Made by a program: the position numbers and the translations under genes. This document shows positions 1 to 13,934 of a stretch of DNA of 64,000 bases, in pieces; the stretch's first letter is position 1, and every line of letters begins with the position of its first letter. The notes beneath the pieces were generated by a model. It saw only the letters and a list, made by a program, of their open reading frames with translations. It had not been told where the DNA came from and did not search any database. The DNA is from Marsupella aquatica. Lineage: Eukaryota; Plantae; Marchantiophyta. The stretch spans positions 2,255,573 to 2,319,572 of the forward strand of contig OZ316899.1 of NCBI GenBank assembly GCA_973895155.1, in the 5' to 3' direction.

Positions 1-134
1 CCCACCCACAGATGTAAGGCGGGCACCATCTACTTCCACTTGCAAAAAACAAATCGGCCGCCCAACAACCTCTAGCCCCAACGCAATCCAACTTTATCCT
101 TAAGAGGCCGAGAGGAGTGAAACTAGGATACAAC

Positions 135-347
135 TCACAAAGGTAGCTTACGATAGCTTCCAAGGATCTCTGAGGCATTACCCAAATTTTCTTCCGGTTC
201 CCAACTACTCTCGGCCTGATCATAGCCAGCCCACTTCACCAAATACTCTAAGATTTGCCTTCCCAACTTGCGTTTGTAACAGTGGTCCAGAATTGCCTCC
301 ACCTCAAACTCCTCAGCGTCCTCCACTAGCATGGCGTCCGGACGCAA
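135..347 (-). pseudogene. Chromodomain at the integrase C-terminus of H
   Basis: EFEVEAILDH...EYLVKWAGYDQAESSWEPEENL, a canonical chromodomain pattern with aromatic residues. Confidence 0.9.
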
Positions 348-356
348 GACCTGATC

Positions 357-1340
357 CTAGTTGGGATCATCGTCTTTGACAAACTTCTTGAGCCGGCTAA
401 CATGGTAGCTTTTGCCCACGCCCATTTCCTTGGGTGTCTCCAACACCACCAAAACCAAATTATCCTTGTGGGCCCATCGTATGATGCGATAGGGCCCCGC
501 ATATCTGGGGGCCAGCTTCCTACTTATGTTCCCGTGGTATTTCTCAGGTCTCAACTGCAACTAGACGCTCTCCCCAATTTCAAAGCTTACCTGGCGTCGA
601 TGTTTATCCCCTTGCTCCTTGTACCAACTTTGGGCAAGGGTCATACCCTTGGTAGCCGCTTCCACAACTAGGCGCCGCTCTCAAATAAAATCATCCGCAG
701 AAGGAACCTTGCTTTCCGTCCGCCAAGCTTCCGGATTTATAAACCAGGAGGGCGCCCTCGGCGTCCTCCCTGTGGCCAACACAAACGGTGCAAACCCCGT
801 CGCTGAATGCTTGGTCGAGTTATACCTAAACTCGGCCATTGTTAAGTGTTTTGCCCAATCCTTTTGATTGGCCGTCACAAAGTGACGCAAGTAGTCCTCC
901 ACGATACCATTCACCTGTTCTATTTGGCCATTTGTCTCATGATGATACGCTGATCCCCTAGTCAGGTCCGTTTCGGATAACCAGAACAACGCCTTGCAGA
1001 AATGGCCTGTGAACTTGGTATCGCGATCGGAGAGGATGTGAAACGGCAATCCCCATTGTCGGAAGACATTGTCAAACACTAGACCGGCAACCTCTCGGGC
1101 CGAAACCACTTTTGTAGTAGGCAAGAAATACGCCATCTTGGAAAAATGATCCACGATTGTTAAGATGGAGTTACTGCCGTGGGACTCAGGTAACCCAACA
1201 ATGAAGTCCATGGAGATAGACTCCCATGGAGCCGCAGGTACCGGTAAGGGTTGCAGAAGTCCTCCTTTTGCCCTATAGACCGTTCGGTTCTTTTGGCACA
1301 AGTAACAACTTTGCACGTGGCGAAAGACCAATTGCTTCAT
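357..1340 (-). pseudogene. pol: Integrase of H (core plus GPY/F module), disrupted
   Basis: CYLCQ zinc-finger end, SMDFIVGLP, LSDRDTKF, ETNGQIEQVN, LAPRYAGPY. Confidence 0.9.
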
Positions 1341-3028
1341 GTCCGGCTAGTACACATCTTGCAACATGCTGCGATACGTAGCGGCTTGTCCTCCATGCCC
1401 TCCCCAGGGCGAGTTGCCTCTAACCTTAGAGACTCTGGTATGTACACACGCCTCTGCTTGTATCGCCATACCTGAACATTATGCATCGTATCCAACCCCA
1501 ATGACACGTGCCTTACCTTGCCTTGGCTACCCCCATTGCTTTGCCATTCCTTAGCCAACCTGTCATCCTCATACGCTGCGGCCAGAACCTTTGGCCACTC
1601 AGATTCGAGCATCGTGATCCCATTGACACAATGATGGTCCTTACGCGATAATACGTCAGTTGCCATGTTTGTCTTCCCAGGAACGTGACGGACTTCGAAA
1701 TCAAAATCCGCCAAGAACATCTGCCAGCGCATTTCCTTGGCGTTCAACATTGGCTTAGAATTCAAGTACCCAACGGGCAAGCTATCTGTGTGGATTACTA
1801 CTTTGGGACCATTCTTAAGGTAAATCTCCCACTTCTTCAACGCATAGATCACAACATACATTTCCCTTTCAGGTGTGATCCAATGATTTTCCAACTTACA
1901 TGACTCAAAGGCCACAGGACGCCCATCTTGGTGAAGACAGGCGCCAATGGCATAATCACTTGTGTTTGTCCAAATCTCAAACGGCTTCCCCATCTCAGGT
2001 AACTTTAGAACCGGTGGCGTTATCATTAATCGCTTAAGTTCTAGGAATGCTAACTCGCAATCTTGTGTCCACACAAACACTTTGTTTTTCAACGTTAGCG
2101 CGTTTAGGGGCCTCGCGATCCTTGCATAGTCTTTCATGTATCTCCGATAGAACCCCGTAAATCCTAAGAAGGCTCTAACCTGCCTTACATTCGACGAACG
2201 CTCCCATTCTTTGATCTCCTTAAGCTTGTCTCGGCTAGGCGTAATCCCTTTTGGGGTAAAGGTATGGCCGAGGAACTGAATCTCGTTCATTGCAAACTCA
2301 CACTTGCTAGGTTTAGCAAAGAGACGAGCCTTACAAAGGCAAGAGAACATTTATTTGAGCAACTGCTCATGTTCCTGCAATGTTTTTGAGTAGATTACGA
2401 TGTCATCAATAAAGATGACCACTCCTTGGTCTAACAAGTCATGAAAGATGGTATTCATCATCTTCATGAACGTTGCGGTTGCATTACACAACCCGAACGG
2501 CATAACCAAAAACTCATAGGATCCAAACCTTGTGCGCATCGCGATCTTATACTCGTCTCCCTTAGCCATGCGGATCTGGTAATACCCAGACCGCAAGTCC
2601 ACCTTTGAAAACTTCCTAGCCCCGGAGAGGCAATTGAAGAGGTCATCCATATGAGGTAATGGGTACTTGTTCTTTATCGTCTGCTTATTGAGGGCCCAAT
2701 AATCTGCGCACAATCTCCAAGTACCATCCTTTTTGGGCACAAATAGCGCGGGCGCCCCGTAAGGACTCTTACTGGGATGAATGAACCCTTGGTCGATCAA
2801 CTTTTCCAAGGCGTTCTTCAACATCATTCGTTTGTTCAGGTTCAAACAATAAGGAGCTTTAGCCTGAGGAGCCAAACCTGGCTCCAACTCAACCTGGTGA
2901 TCCACTTCTCTCCGCGGGGGTAAACCTTTAGGTAGCTTCTGCAAGAGCACGTCATTGAATTCCTCTAAAATTTCAGGAATTTGACTGCAGTCGGGCCCGA
3001 CCTTAGCTGACTTAACCTTTGGCTGCAA
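1337..3028 (-). pseudogene. pol: Reverse transcriptase and RNase H of H, with an in-frame stop near 2351
   Basis: [56 protein letters not shown]. Confidence 0.93.
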
Positions 3029-3359
3029 AGCAGCCTCCTAACTGGGTGGAGATGAAAGAAGAAACATTCATGTCCACCCTTGAAGTCTTTCCACCATTGC
3101 TTCGCCGATACACACGGAGACAACCATGACACTTTACTTACTTTGAGAAATCTTTCTTTATTTTTGGTAACTTAACTTTGTGTACAACGATGGGCTCACC
3201 GCCCTTATTAGGAAAATAGAGCACTTCACCCCCCGGTTTCAAGGTAACATTGTGCTTCCTGAGATAACCTACCAACAAAATGAAGTCTACGGCTAGACCG
3301 TCTAGAACGTAGAACATCTCCTGACTAACAAAATTTTGTTGTTCGCCTATGACCTCTAC

Positions 3360-3605
3360 TCAAAGTCTATGTACTACTCTTGACACTAACCCATTTGTGT
3401 CGTTGGCAAACTTGTACACTAACGGTTGTAGCAACTCTTGCACGTCCACCCCAATACGTGCTACCGCCTGCCCACTTATGAAGCAGGCGGTCACGCTTGT
3501 ATCCACCAAAGCAACACCCAGATTACCATTAGAAGTGACATTCACAAAAATCAGTTTTTCAAGATCCATTGTCTTAACCTTAGGTATCTTCTCTCGCACC
3601 AACAC
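3360..3605 (-). pseudogene. Aspartic protease remnant of H
   Basis: VALVDTSVTACFIS (degenerate DT/SG site) located between gag and RT. Confidence 0.7.
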
Positions 3606-3689
3606 CTCTCCGGCAGGAACATTCCCTACACCTTGTCAGCTACTAAGGGTTCGGTTAGAGCAATACTTACCTTAATGCTCTTCTGCCCT

Positions 3690-5224
3690 CCATCTCCGCT
3701 TGGCTTGCCACCTTTTGTGGAACAATCCTTACTTTGATGGCCCATGGCACCACACGTGAAGCATGAACCTTTCGCCCGCCTCTGCTCCATGAGTGCCTAC
3801 TTCTTTGCTTTTGGTGCCAATGAGGTTCCTTTCTTGAAGTTGCCGGCCTTCTGGTTTTGCTTAGCTTCTCCATTCTGGGGGTGGGGGTCCGAACCACCGG
3901 CCCCCGCCCCCTCAGGTTGCTTACGTTATTCTTGAGACCTTTTGCTTTTCCAGTTTCCCCCTCGGATCCCTTGCCACCCACCTTTGCCAAGTCCGATTGG
4001 TTATTCACTAACGTAGTAGCCTTGCCGAAGGCGTTAGAAAGTGTTTTTGAACTCGTGACATTTTTCCTGTAACTTTTCCCTGAGCAACGGCGGGAGCTTC
4101 ACTATAAAGTTGTGAAGTTGTGTATGTAGGGTCTCTTGCCCCGTTGGGATACACGCCAACTAGTTACGGTAATAAGTGATGAACTTTTGGATATCACCCC
4201 TGAAGCTCATCTCCGTTACGCATTTCTGAGCGTGCCGCTCTGGGTACTTAGTGGTGACATGAGCACGGAGACCCTCAACCAGGTTTTCCCAAGTTAATGG
4301 CAAGGAGGAGTCTTCTCTTGACTTCTTCCATGACTTGTACCAAGTCATGGCATAGTCCTTTAGGTAAGGAGCGGCTGCGGTAGCCCAAGTGGATTGCTCA
4401 ACACACACTTGGAGATGAATCTCCACCGTGGAGAGCCAACTCAGGAACTTTTGTCCACTTTGCTCATAGGCCCCGTCGTAAGTTGGAGGAGTCGGTAGCT
4501 GGTTCACTTGGAACATACTCCGTCCAACTACCATTCCCCCCTCTGGACGTATCGCACTCTCACTACCCAGACTAAGTAAGTACTTAATCTGGGCCCCCTT
4601 GTTGTGTTCTAATTGCTCATAAATGAGTCGTTGGTCTTGAGTCAACGGACCCAAACTATTGTCAGCGGCTGGGCCCTTGTGGGTTGTATGAGAACGGTCC
4701 TCCAACCGTCTTTCTTTTGCGGGCCGCCTGTCCTTAGGTTCTCTCGTGGATTTTGGTGACACCACCCGCGTCTTGCAAGCACGATGACCTCCTGGGACTG
4801 AGGCATCACCCGCATCGCCCTGGTTTTGCTTGGTCAAATTATCCATGATGACGTCCGGCTTGACATCATCCTCTGGTTCCGCATACAACCCTCTCAAGGC
4901 TGGGATCAGTTCCTCCTCTGGGTCCTGACCCTCTTCCTCCGATTCAGCTTCAGCATCGTCGTCGCTTCCATCCGTGTTGGAGCCGTCATCGTCCGACCCA
5001 TCCTCCAAAGGATTAGCCACCTCCTTCCCTTTAAGTTGACGATGCTCTGCACTTGACGTGTTTGCCATGGCGGTTGACGGTTTGGCCGCCACGTCTTCTT
5101 CGTCTTGCTTGTAACGTTTGTCTAGGGAAGTCGACCCGTCCTCCTTCTGTTCGTCTTGAACTTGGGCTCTGCCCTTAGCGGGGGGAGTCTGTTTGCCAGT
5201 CTTTGATCGAGTGTTTTTAGCCAT
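3690..5224 (-). pseudogene. gag: Gag of H with one CCHC knuckle (3722-3763), disrupted
   Basis: Retrotrans_gag-like FLSWLSTVE...AMTWYKSW...LTWENL; the knuckle CFTCGAMGHQSKDC was read from the reverse complement. Confidence 0.85.
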
Positions 5225-5355
5225 GTTCCCCGCGACCGAATCTGCCCGCAGTCAACTCGTCGGGCACGTTGAAGTGCTAAATCCCCACAAAAATCCGTTA
5301 AGATTTTTGGATTCCAACTTAGCACAACCCCGACCCGGTGTCTATGCCAGCAATC

Positions 5356-5367
5356 GCTCTGAGACTA
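5356..5367 (-). other. Possible degenerate tRNA-iMet primer-binding site of H
   Basis: Plus-strand gctctgagacta versus the expected gctctgatacca (2 mismatches), about 130 nt upstream of the gag ATG. Confidence 0.35.
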
Positions 5368-5369
5368 CA

Positions 5370-6780
5370 AGTGGTGGACCTTGCCACCCAGCGCCCTCAC
5401 CAATCCCAGCACTCCCGCCTAAGTGCCCCTGGTGCCCGAACGCCTCCACAAAATATCTTGAGCAAGCACCCTAGTGCCCCTTGCACCGCTAGCGACCCCT
5501 CCCATACAAAGCCGTGCTTGCTCACCTACACGACCACTACTCAACGGTCCTCACCGTCTGCACAAGCAACCAAGCACCTCGGTAAGTAACCCTTCAGGAT
5601 CTAGAACTGGCCAAGTCTAGCATCCTAACTCAAGCTCAACAGACATTGGTAAATAGGTCAGCGATAGGTCCTCCCGATGCCATAAGCCGGAACCAGAACC
5701 CACGCCCACTGTTCGTCCAGAATAGCTCCTTCCTTGGGCGCGGCCCGGTTCCCCCTTGTACCTATCCATCACCAACTAACCACCCTGACCTCAGGACATG
5801 CTCATGGCCCAAGTAGCGTAGCTTGTCCTAAAGCTTGTCCCGACACGCCGGGACCAGAATGGCCCCGCCTCTAGCAACCAACTCCCAACTCGCCCCACTG
5901 ACGGTCTAGGGATCTAGCACACTTGGAACTCAACTTCCATACCTACTTGGACTTGCCTCCCCGACGCAAGCTCCCTTGGGAGACTAAACGGCAGGATTTG
6001 GCAAGCGGATGAGTTAACACCCGCAATCCCCGAGAACCCAAGGTGCCCCCAGACCCAGATGAGCTCAAGAGGGCGTAGCCCTTCACAAGAGCTTTCCAAC
6101 GCACCCAAGAAGTCCTCCAACGGACTTTCGGTTGGTAAGATATCGCCGTTTCTGTTTGAAGGTTTCCCTTAGTATCGCGATTGCCGCGGCTCACGACTTC
6201 GGCTCGCCCTTAGCCCCCAGGGAGACATCACTCCCCTCATATATGCTTATGGAGACCTGTCACCCCTAGACCAACTTTGGTCTCTAAACATTTGGCCCCC
6301 AACCCGGATCCTATCGCGCATAATGGGCGCGCCACCAACTGGCAACTTCCATAACTTTCTCGTTAGGCATCCGCAAGCGGAGCGCCTTAGCCCGTTGTGA
6401 TCAGGCCAACCTAGTGCTCATGCCTAGGCCCTAAAGTCTCATCGCCGCTTGGGGCCCCCGATCGGCCCAACCCGGATCGGGCCATAACTTGCGCCCCAAG
6501 CGTCCGTTGCCCATGGCGTCAACTCCACGGGCCTTGGGCCCAAGAGGAGCTCACACCCAAGCCCTCAGAACTCAAGGTCCATCCGGAGGTCCAGACGGTC
6601 GACCCTAAGCCTGGCCCATTTCCCCTTCAACCCGACCAGCTCCCAGCTAGTCCAAGTCCTTGGTGTGTGTCACTAGCTTGGCTCCTTGCCTTTGCTAGCC
6701 CCATGTCTTGTTGCTCACAAGTCTCCCCATGCTAAGGCCTCCCCGGATGGCCTATCCGGGCCTGGACCATAAGGGATCTT
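5370..6780 (-). repeat. Putative 5' LTR of H (ends approximate)
   Basis: About 5847-6480 is an inverted homologue of 56597-57251; TATA-like site near 6240 on the minus strand. Confidence 0.55.
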
Positions 6781-6829
6781 GGCGTCAGAGTCAGCGACGC
6801 CGGAGCTAAGTGTTAAGGTAGTTGAGTTC

Positions 6830-8610
6830 CGCGACTAGCCACCATCGCGGTGGCCAAATTGACCATGCATCAAATGGGGGAGAATGACCACAAAAACATT
6901 CTCCACTTGAAGCATGCATGTTACTTGAAGACCCAAGGGTTCAAGCACCTCTTTGCTCTTCCTTGGAACACGTGCAAGTACTATGGGCAGGATATGATGG
7001 AGTTTATCCAAAACTTTGACAAGGCCTGCCAAGAGACCCGTGCGCACGGACAAGTGATGTCCTTAAGCAATGCACAGTTGAAGCTCATCTTTGGCTTACC
7101 CAAAGAAAAATATTGGGTAAAGTCACAAGCGCCAAGGGGCAAGGGAGCCAAGTACCACTCCTCCGACGCCAAAGCCAATTGAGGGGGCTTCATCTTCCTT
7201 GCCCAATACGGCGGTCATTGCGGCCTTGGACGTGCAGAACCAAGCTTGGGGAACCATCACGGTTGACCCCGTAGAAGATGACGCCAACCCAAAAGCCCTC
7301 ATCGCGGAGGAAATTCCAACATCCCCAACGCCAGCCCCAATAGAGCCCTCCCTCAGCAAATCCATCTGGCCCTATTCTCGTCACCCTAGAACTAGATTTG
7401 TCTGCCCCCACCCCCACCCAGCTAGAGGGAGGCCCTTGCCTGAACCATAGCGGGCATGACCTGGTGAACCCATAATTTTTTGGTTCGGGTACATATTTGA
7501 ATGGGTTTCTTGGCAACTTCTTTGTGGAAGCCAATTGAGATATGGGGGTGTTTATGGCCCGCAAGGTGCTTACTTCTTCAGCCAAGAGCTAGTGGCAGCA
7601 GTAAAGGCAGGGCATGCCTAGTCCAAAGTCACGAGGAGGATAGAGCAATATCGGGGCGAGGCAACCCAACTGTTAAATGAAGCCTCAGCCCAAGAGGCCA
7701 AGCTGCAAATTCTTTGGCCCCAACTTGCAATTGCCTTGGCCCAGATCACCAAAACCAAAGCCAAGACAGCCTTTGCCGCACAAGCTGGAGCCAAAAAGGA
7801 TGCGGAGATTGCCTAACTTTGGACACAAATTGATAGCTTGAAGGGACAGTCTATCATCTGGCAGAAGGGCGTAGAGGAGGCTGACGCTTGGGCCCAGAGA
7901 GATATGAAAGAGGTGGATGCCCTGAAGGCAAAGGTGGCACGGCTTCCGCAAGTAGCCACAAAATAGGACCAATTGGTGGCATTGTTGACAAGCGACGCCC
8001 AGCAGTTGGAAGAGGCATGCTAGGATGCCACGGAGAAGACAAACGTGACATAGAGAGAGAACGAGTCTCTCTTGGATCAAGTCCAGCTACTCAAGCAAGA
8101 CATAGACCATTTGAGAAGATAGCAAGACGGCCATTCCAAGTCCAACTTGGGTGGGTCTGGCAAGCATGCCAGACATTAGCGGCGGGGTAGGTTTAGAGTA
8201 GAGACACGATTAGACAGGGAGGTTGGTCACTGGAGACGTACAAACGCCAAAACTAGTTAGCAACATTGCCTTATCCGACCGACCCCACTTAGAGCAGAAT
8301 CTAAGGATAGGACGCACCGTTTTGTGATTTGACAATTAGAGAAACTTAGGATAGGTTAGACTTGGCGTCATGGCTGTTCTTGGCCCCAGCCCTTAGATAG
8401 TTTTTAGTGCACCCCTGGTAGAGACAAGGGGATTTTAGGTTCAGAATCAAGTATCTGCAAGATGTGCGGGGAGTCTTGGCCTTTGTGAATAGAGATAGCC
8501 AAGCAATAATCGAAATAATTAGCTGACCGCAATAGGTGAAAAGGTGGCCAAGCAGGCTCTCTCTTTCTTCTCTATTTCGATAGCGTATCTCTCTCTCTGG
8601 GGTTAGTACC
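6830..8610 (+). mobile_element. D2: truncated, internally deleted D-family LTR fragment with accessory ORF remnant
   Basis: AKLTMHQMGENDHKNILHLKHACYLKTQGF matches D 15442-15768; coiled-coil remnant at 7.6-8.2 kb; 8402-8480 matches the reverse complement of D 13640-13720. Confidence 0.85.
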
Positions 8611-8619
8611 ATCTGTACT

Positions 8620-9922
8620 CATGGAGGTCCATCATTACTTCATAATTCTAATTATTTTTTCATGAATGTGCTCCATTAATAAAAAATACTTATCAGACTT
8701 CCTCCATAGATCTTGACTTCCAAACCACATCGTTACCTTAATTTGGATCAAATTTAAAATCCCCAAATTTTTGTAACCGTTTTTGTTTATTGGCTCCTAC
8801 AGCAATTTAAATTGTAGTTGTCGGGATTCAAATTCCTTCTATCGCACAACACCAAATCCTTGAGCACTATCTTAATTCAGAAACATTGGCTTACATATGA
8901 TAACAGACAATCTTAATTACCAATGAATTGATACGTCTATCAATTCATTTTGTCAAGACAATTGGCATCATTTGCAATCCCTTTACGCCCCATTCATGAC
9001 GATTCATTCTTGGCACCAATGATCGGGCGTTCTGTCTCCTGGATCTTGTTACTATCTTCCTCCTTGAGGATTTGATGGTGCACCTTTCTCATCCTTTTGA
9101 CATACATTTTGGGTGCATTCTTGATGGTGAATGGTTGTACGTCGAACTTAAACACCAAGGGCGGCATCCACAAATAGTCCTCCATCACGAACAGTTTGTA
9201 AAACTTGGCACAGTCTTCAGACTTCAATTTTTTTTCAATTTCCAATCTATTGGCAAAACTTCAATCCGCTGTCTTCATGACTCGATTTCTTGATTTATTC
9301 CCCGGCAGCGTCGCCAAAAAGAATATGTGGTAAGCGTTTTAGATGAAACTTGTATGAAACGTATCTTAGAAACTCAAATTCGTTCCCGTAGGGAATTAAG
9401 GAAATCAAGTTATGATGGTATTAAGGACTTTGAGATCTTTAGGAGTCTCTTTCCTTACACAACTACTATGTATCACTCAAAATATTTATGATCAATCATT
9501 TTAATATGGAAACTCTCAGATTATTGCTCCTTCTCAATAGAAGTTTGATTTTTGTTCCATTCCTAAATTCCTTATACTCAACAAAGATCAGCTTTACATT
9601 AGGGATTTCACTACAATTCTCTAAACTCTAGATTTTAGAACTTTACTCATATTTTTCCATACAAAACCAAAGAAACGTTTTAAATGTATTCATTCATTCC
9701 AAGGTTTGCAAGAAATTCACGAGGAAATCATGAATAACAGTGGAATTTGGGTGGTGCATTTTCTCATTTCTGCGATTCTTCCTCCTAAGCCCAACTTGGC
9801 ATGAGGAAAAGACCCATACTGGTCACAAATCATTTCCACAGAAAATGACAAGGCAATTTTGCTTGGGAGTTCAATTTTGCTATAGGGAGAATTTTGCTAT
9901 AGAGAATATTCTCCCTATAGCA
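8620..9922 (-). mobile_element. G: 5' fragment of an AT-rich Athila-like element; LTR 9326-9922 followed by PBS
   Basis: The minus strand starts TGCTATAGG exactly where C2 homology stops, ends ...TACCACA, and is followed by TGGCGACGCTGCCGGGGAA; left boundary approximate. Confidence 0.65.
9298..9316 (-). other. PBS of G, tRNA-Asp-like
   Basis: TGGCGACGCTGCCGGGGAA, compared with TGGCGCCGTTGCCGGGGA complementary to plant tRNA-Asp. Confidence 0.75.
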
Positions 9923-12714
9923 GGCCGTTATGTGATCTGCCTCTACCTTTTTCAGCTCCTGCTTCCACTTCTCCTTGAGGGCTTCGGCCAAGTCTTCCTG
10001 AGTCTGGGCTAGTTGCCCTTGCATGATACTTATTTCATGCTTCCTAACTTGAAGCTCGTCCTGGGCCTGCTTGGCCACCTTTAACTCTCCGGCCTTGGCT
10101 TCCTTCTCTCTTAGCCGCTGGATGACTTCTTCATCCTCTCCAAGGCCAGTGCATCCTCCAATTGGCTTTTCTCCAACATCTCCTTATGGATGAAGGCTCC
10201 CATCTCTAACTCGTCCCCAAAGATGTCAAGGGCAAGTAGCCCGCACATCCTCCATATTCCAAGGCTCTGGAACGTGCATAGGTGGAGTGGTTAGGAGATG
10301 TCGGCATCTCCCAACGTGGCCTTCTTTCCCAAGCCGCCCTTCGTATCTCCTCAAATGTGGGCAAAGGCCCGGCTTGAGTCCCTGCCAGTTGCCGAATGTC
10401 CTCCGGCCATCCACCGCCTGGCAAATCCTTCTCCTTGGCCAGGGTTGCTTCCTCCATGTCATTGAATTGCTGTTGCAACTCGTGATCGGCCTGTTGTCTT
10501 CCGTAAAAAATTGGCGGAGGTGCGTCCGATGGGGGAGACTCCGGGCTCCCCTGCTGTTGTGGATCCCCACGTACCACTCTTGGTAGTCTGGGGATAAAAC
10601 GGCCGCAGGTCCGCACCCCTGGTACCGAGCGATCCGACCCATAACCCAAGTCCTTGTGGTATTACTCCACGTATTCCCCAGCCTCTGGCGTCCTGGTGCC
10701 TGCTTGTCCTCTCTAGGACTAGCCATAGAGCCGGCCTTCTGCCAGGGATTATACATGCGTGCGGCTTGCCCTTCTGGCTCCCGCACTTGACTTTCGCACT
10801 CCTTTTCATGACTGGGAACCCTGGGTCCCAGTTCCTCTGATTCTTCACTAGAGGCTCCTACATACATCTGCACCTTTGGCTTGTTTTCCGACCTGCTTCT
10901 TTTTACAGCCCCGGCCATGGGTTCTCCTCTAGCGGTTCTTCTGGTGCCCGCTGCTGCTGCCTCTGGTGCTAGAGCCGCCTTCTCCTTGTTCAGTATGTGC
11001 ATGAGGCTCTGCATGGCCGGTCGTTGCATCGGCCCGGCTTCCGGCACCTATTGGAAGACCTGAGCTATTGTGGGGCTGCCGGGCGGGTCAGGCTGCTTTG
11101 CTGCCGGCCTCGGTTCTGACTCCTCTTCTGGCGCTCTAGCCTGCAGGGGAATGATCAGGGCAAAGGTTTGACTCTGGGCATACCGGCATAATAATAGCAT
11201 GTGATAACCAAGCCGGGACACGCTCCCTTGACTAATCACCTGTTGTTCCTCCCTTAATATCTTTCTGAGTTGGTTGAGGAGGTACCCATTGTAATCCCGA
11301 CTTGGGTCTGGCCTCTCTGGCAGGTAAACTTGTGCCTTGCCGATCTCTGGCCTTGGCCAGTTGCAATGCATTGTTACCCGTAGGAAATCAATCATTTCTC
11401 CAATATGCAGGTTGGTGCAGGTGCCTCGGAGGAAGCCATTCTTCATTGACGGCCCGGGGAACAATCTAAACTCCTTGTCCGGCAAGTTCTTCTGGGTATC
11501 TACCTTAGCCTTGTTGCCCATCTGCAAGCCAAACACTTCGGCAATCACGTTGGAGGTGAGATAGAAGTCCCTCTTGTAGATCTTTGTGGAGCTGGTCTTG
11601 TGGTCCCATGATCCCACAAATTCCAATAAGTCCAATTCTGGCACCTCCTTCTTCAGCCACAACAGTCTTACAATGGTCTCCAAGCCTGATCCGACCATGA
11701 AGCCCTGGTACTTCTTGGTCTGCATGGCTGTAAAGCATGCATCCTCCTCTCGTGCAAAATGTAGCTACACTGCCAGTGGTATTATTGTTGCCCAACCCTT
11801 CCAAGTGTCATCTCGGGTAGGGACGGCATTGATTGGGTTGACTTCTTGTTCCTTGGCTGCCTCCTCTCTCTGCCTCCTCTCTCTGCCTCCCTTGTTTGGC
11901 TGGCTTCCTTGACACTGCGGACCTTGCCCTCTTGGCCGGTGTGTTTTCTTCATTGTTGGCCATCTTCCTCTTCATTTCAGCTGCACCTAACGATTCTCCC
12001 AACACTATTGCTTTTGTCCATGCCGCCGTGCAACCTTTCAGGTCCCAATGTTTGTCATTGCAATTGTTGATGGCTTGTCGGATGCTGATGATTCTGTTGT
12101 CTCAAATTAGAAGGTCGTCAAGCTCGTCGCCAGTAGGTGTCCACAGGAATTTAGCCCTGATGAATTCTCCTCCTAAGAAGGCCATCTTTTGCAGTTCCCA
12201 CATTTGAGAAAGTTCCTGTCGCTTGTGGGCTGCTCTTTCTGATTCTTCCTCCTCGTAAGTCCCAACGTACTCACTTGTCCGTTCGAGCAGGCATCCCCAA
12301 AAATGTGCTACTTGATTGATGTTGCTCATTCCCTTCTCTGGCGTTGCTTGGTAGTTGCTTATGCCCCCTGTGTTCTCCTCCGCAACTGACAATCGTTGGC
12401 TTCTGCTTGCACTATGCTTGCTTGAGGTGCAAATGTGAGCCGTCACTCATGGGTTGCCTTACCTTACCCCCCCTTTCCTTCCGGCCTGCGCTGTATGTCT
12501 TGGTACCGATTACCGGCAGCCGCCAGGGTTACGTGCCTTAACCCTAATCTTGACCTAGTGACCGTTACTCCTCTTTCGGCCTCGGCTCCGGTTCCATGTA
12601 TGCCCTTAATTGTTTATGGTTTTCCCTGGTTTTTTGCCCTCATACTAATGGTTTATTGTATACCCTCCTATTTTACTCCTAATATGGCCTAGTGATTCCT
12701 GGCTAGGCATCACA
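9923..12714 (-). mobile_element. C2: truncated C-family LTR with decayed accessory ORF
   Basis: Starts TGTGATGCCTAGCCAGGAATCAC like C at 41508; translated pieces (11048-11725, 10206-11047, 12102-12446) align with C 41623-44250. Confidence 0.9.
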
Positions 12715-13042
12715 CCCACATTCTGGGCTGGGAACAAAACACTTTGGATAAAAGGAAACACATTCTACTTCTGCATCTCTAGTATCATGTTTACATCAGA
12801 CAACACATGAGAGTATCTATTGATGCTCCTGATCATCGAGCGGAAAATAGATTCGCCGCCCATAATGCCCAACATTTCATCAAGGTCGTTTGCCTCCTCA
12901 GTTGTGACCATCTTTGCCATTGGGTCCTCAAAAATATCTTTAAGTTTTTGTACTGCCTCCATCTTGATCATAAATGACTGTGTAGTAGGACTCCTCTTTA
13001 GTTCCTCCTCCATGAGATTGCGCACAAGTGATTGTTGATCTT
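12715..13042 (-). pseudogene. DNA-transposase-like gene, third fragment (after the D insertion)
   Basis: Frame continues across D's TSD: NKD|QQSLVRNLMEEELKRSPTT...EMQK*NVFPFIQSVLFPAQN. Confidence 0.6.
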
Positions 13043-13934
13043 TGTCACATCGTCAGCCTAGGTCTTAACCTGGGCTTTGGCTTAGACAGGCACATCCTTC
13101 GTCAATGAGGGTTCGGGCAGGAAGGGAGGCACAGAATGCACCTAACTCACATAAACTAGCGCTAAGTGCGCCTATTGTCATATACAGACACCTCTTAGGT
13201 ATGGTTTGTGTTCCACCGCCGGAACGTACCTCAGTCGATAGCAAGATCAACCCCGGCTTACGGGCTTCTAAGCCTTCATGTTGTCCGCCTTTGATCCGAA
13301 TTCGATGGTATGGGTACTCAACCCGGGCTCGCAACCACTTACCTGCAAGCTGCACCCCGTGCACGACTTGGGTAGTGCGTTCGGCCAAGCGTTGGCACCT
13401 ATACACGAGATTCACACATATACATACGCACAAGCATACAATCTCGATTTACACGAAGGAAATAATGGGAAAGGATTTTACTACATAGGAGACATGCGTA
13501 CACTTAGTTGACCCGAAAGCTCTGGAATGAACAGGTCCGAGGCCGAGGGTGTACACTACAACGGAGCCCGGCTCCGCACTTGCCCAGCGAGCTTGGTCCT
13601 ACACCCTCCCCTTGGTACTCTTTCACTCCTAGAGGTCGGGACTCCCCGCACACACCGCGGATGTCCAACACTGAAACTAAAAATCCCCCTTGCCTCTACC
13701 GAGGGGTGCACTAAATACTAAGGGCCGAGGAATGGAGTGCCCTCTCACCCAAAGATTTGCTAACTAAGGTCCTCACTAAGCTGGCTGTCAAGCCGGAAAT
13801 GGCTTGTCTTATTAGAAGATCCTAATCTACGCAAGTTGTACAGCATGGCAGTGCTGCTTTAACTAGGGCAGGTGCTTGTCCCTATAGCCTAATTTAGCTA
13901 CTCCTACTCTATTTTAATCCTACTCTGCCGCTAA

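Larger units (their letters stand above)
1..6780 (-). mobile_element. Element H: decayed Ty3/Gypsy chromovirus LTR retrotransposon (gag-PR-RT-RH-IN-chromodomain); 3' end beyond window start, 5' LTR boundary approximate
   Basis: Ordered minus-strand domains from 5224 down to 135, broken by stops and frameshifts. Confidence 0.9.

Noticed and set aside
8994-9245. 83-aa ORF after G's PBS as gag
   Set aside because: No capsid motif, and the surrounding frames are full of stops
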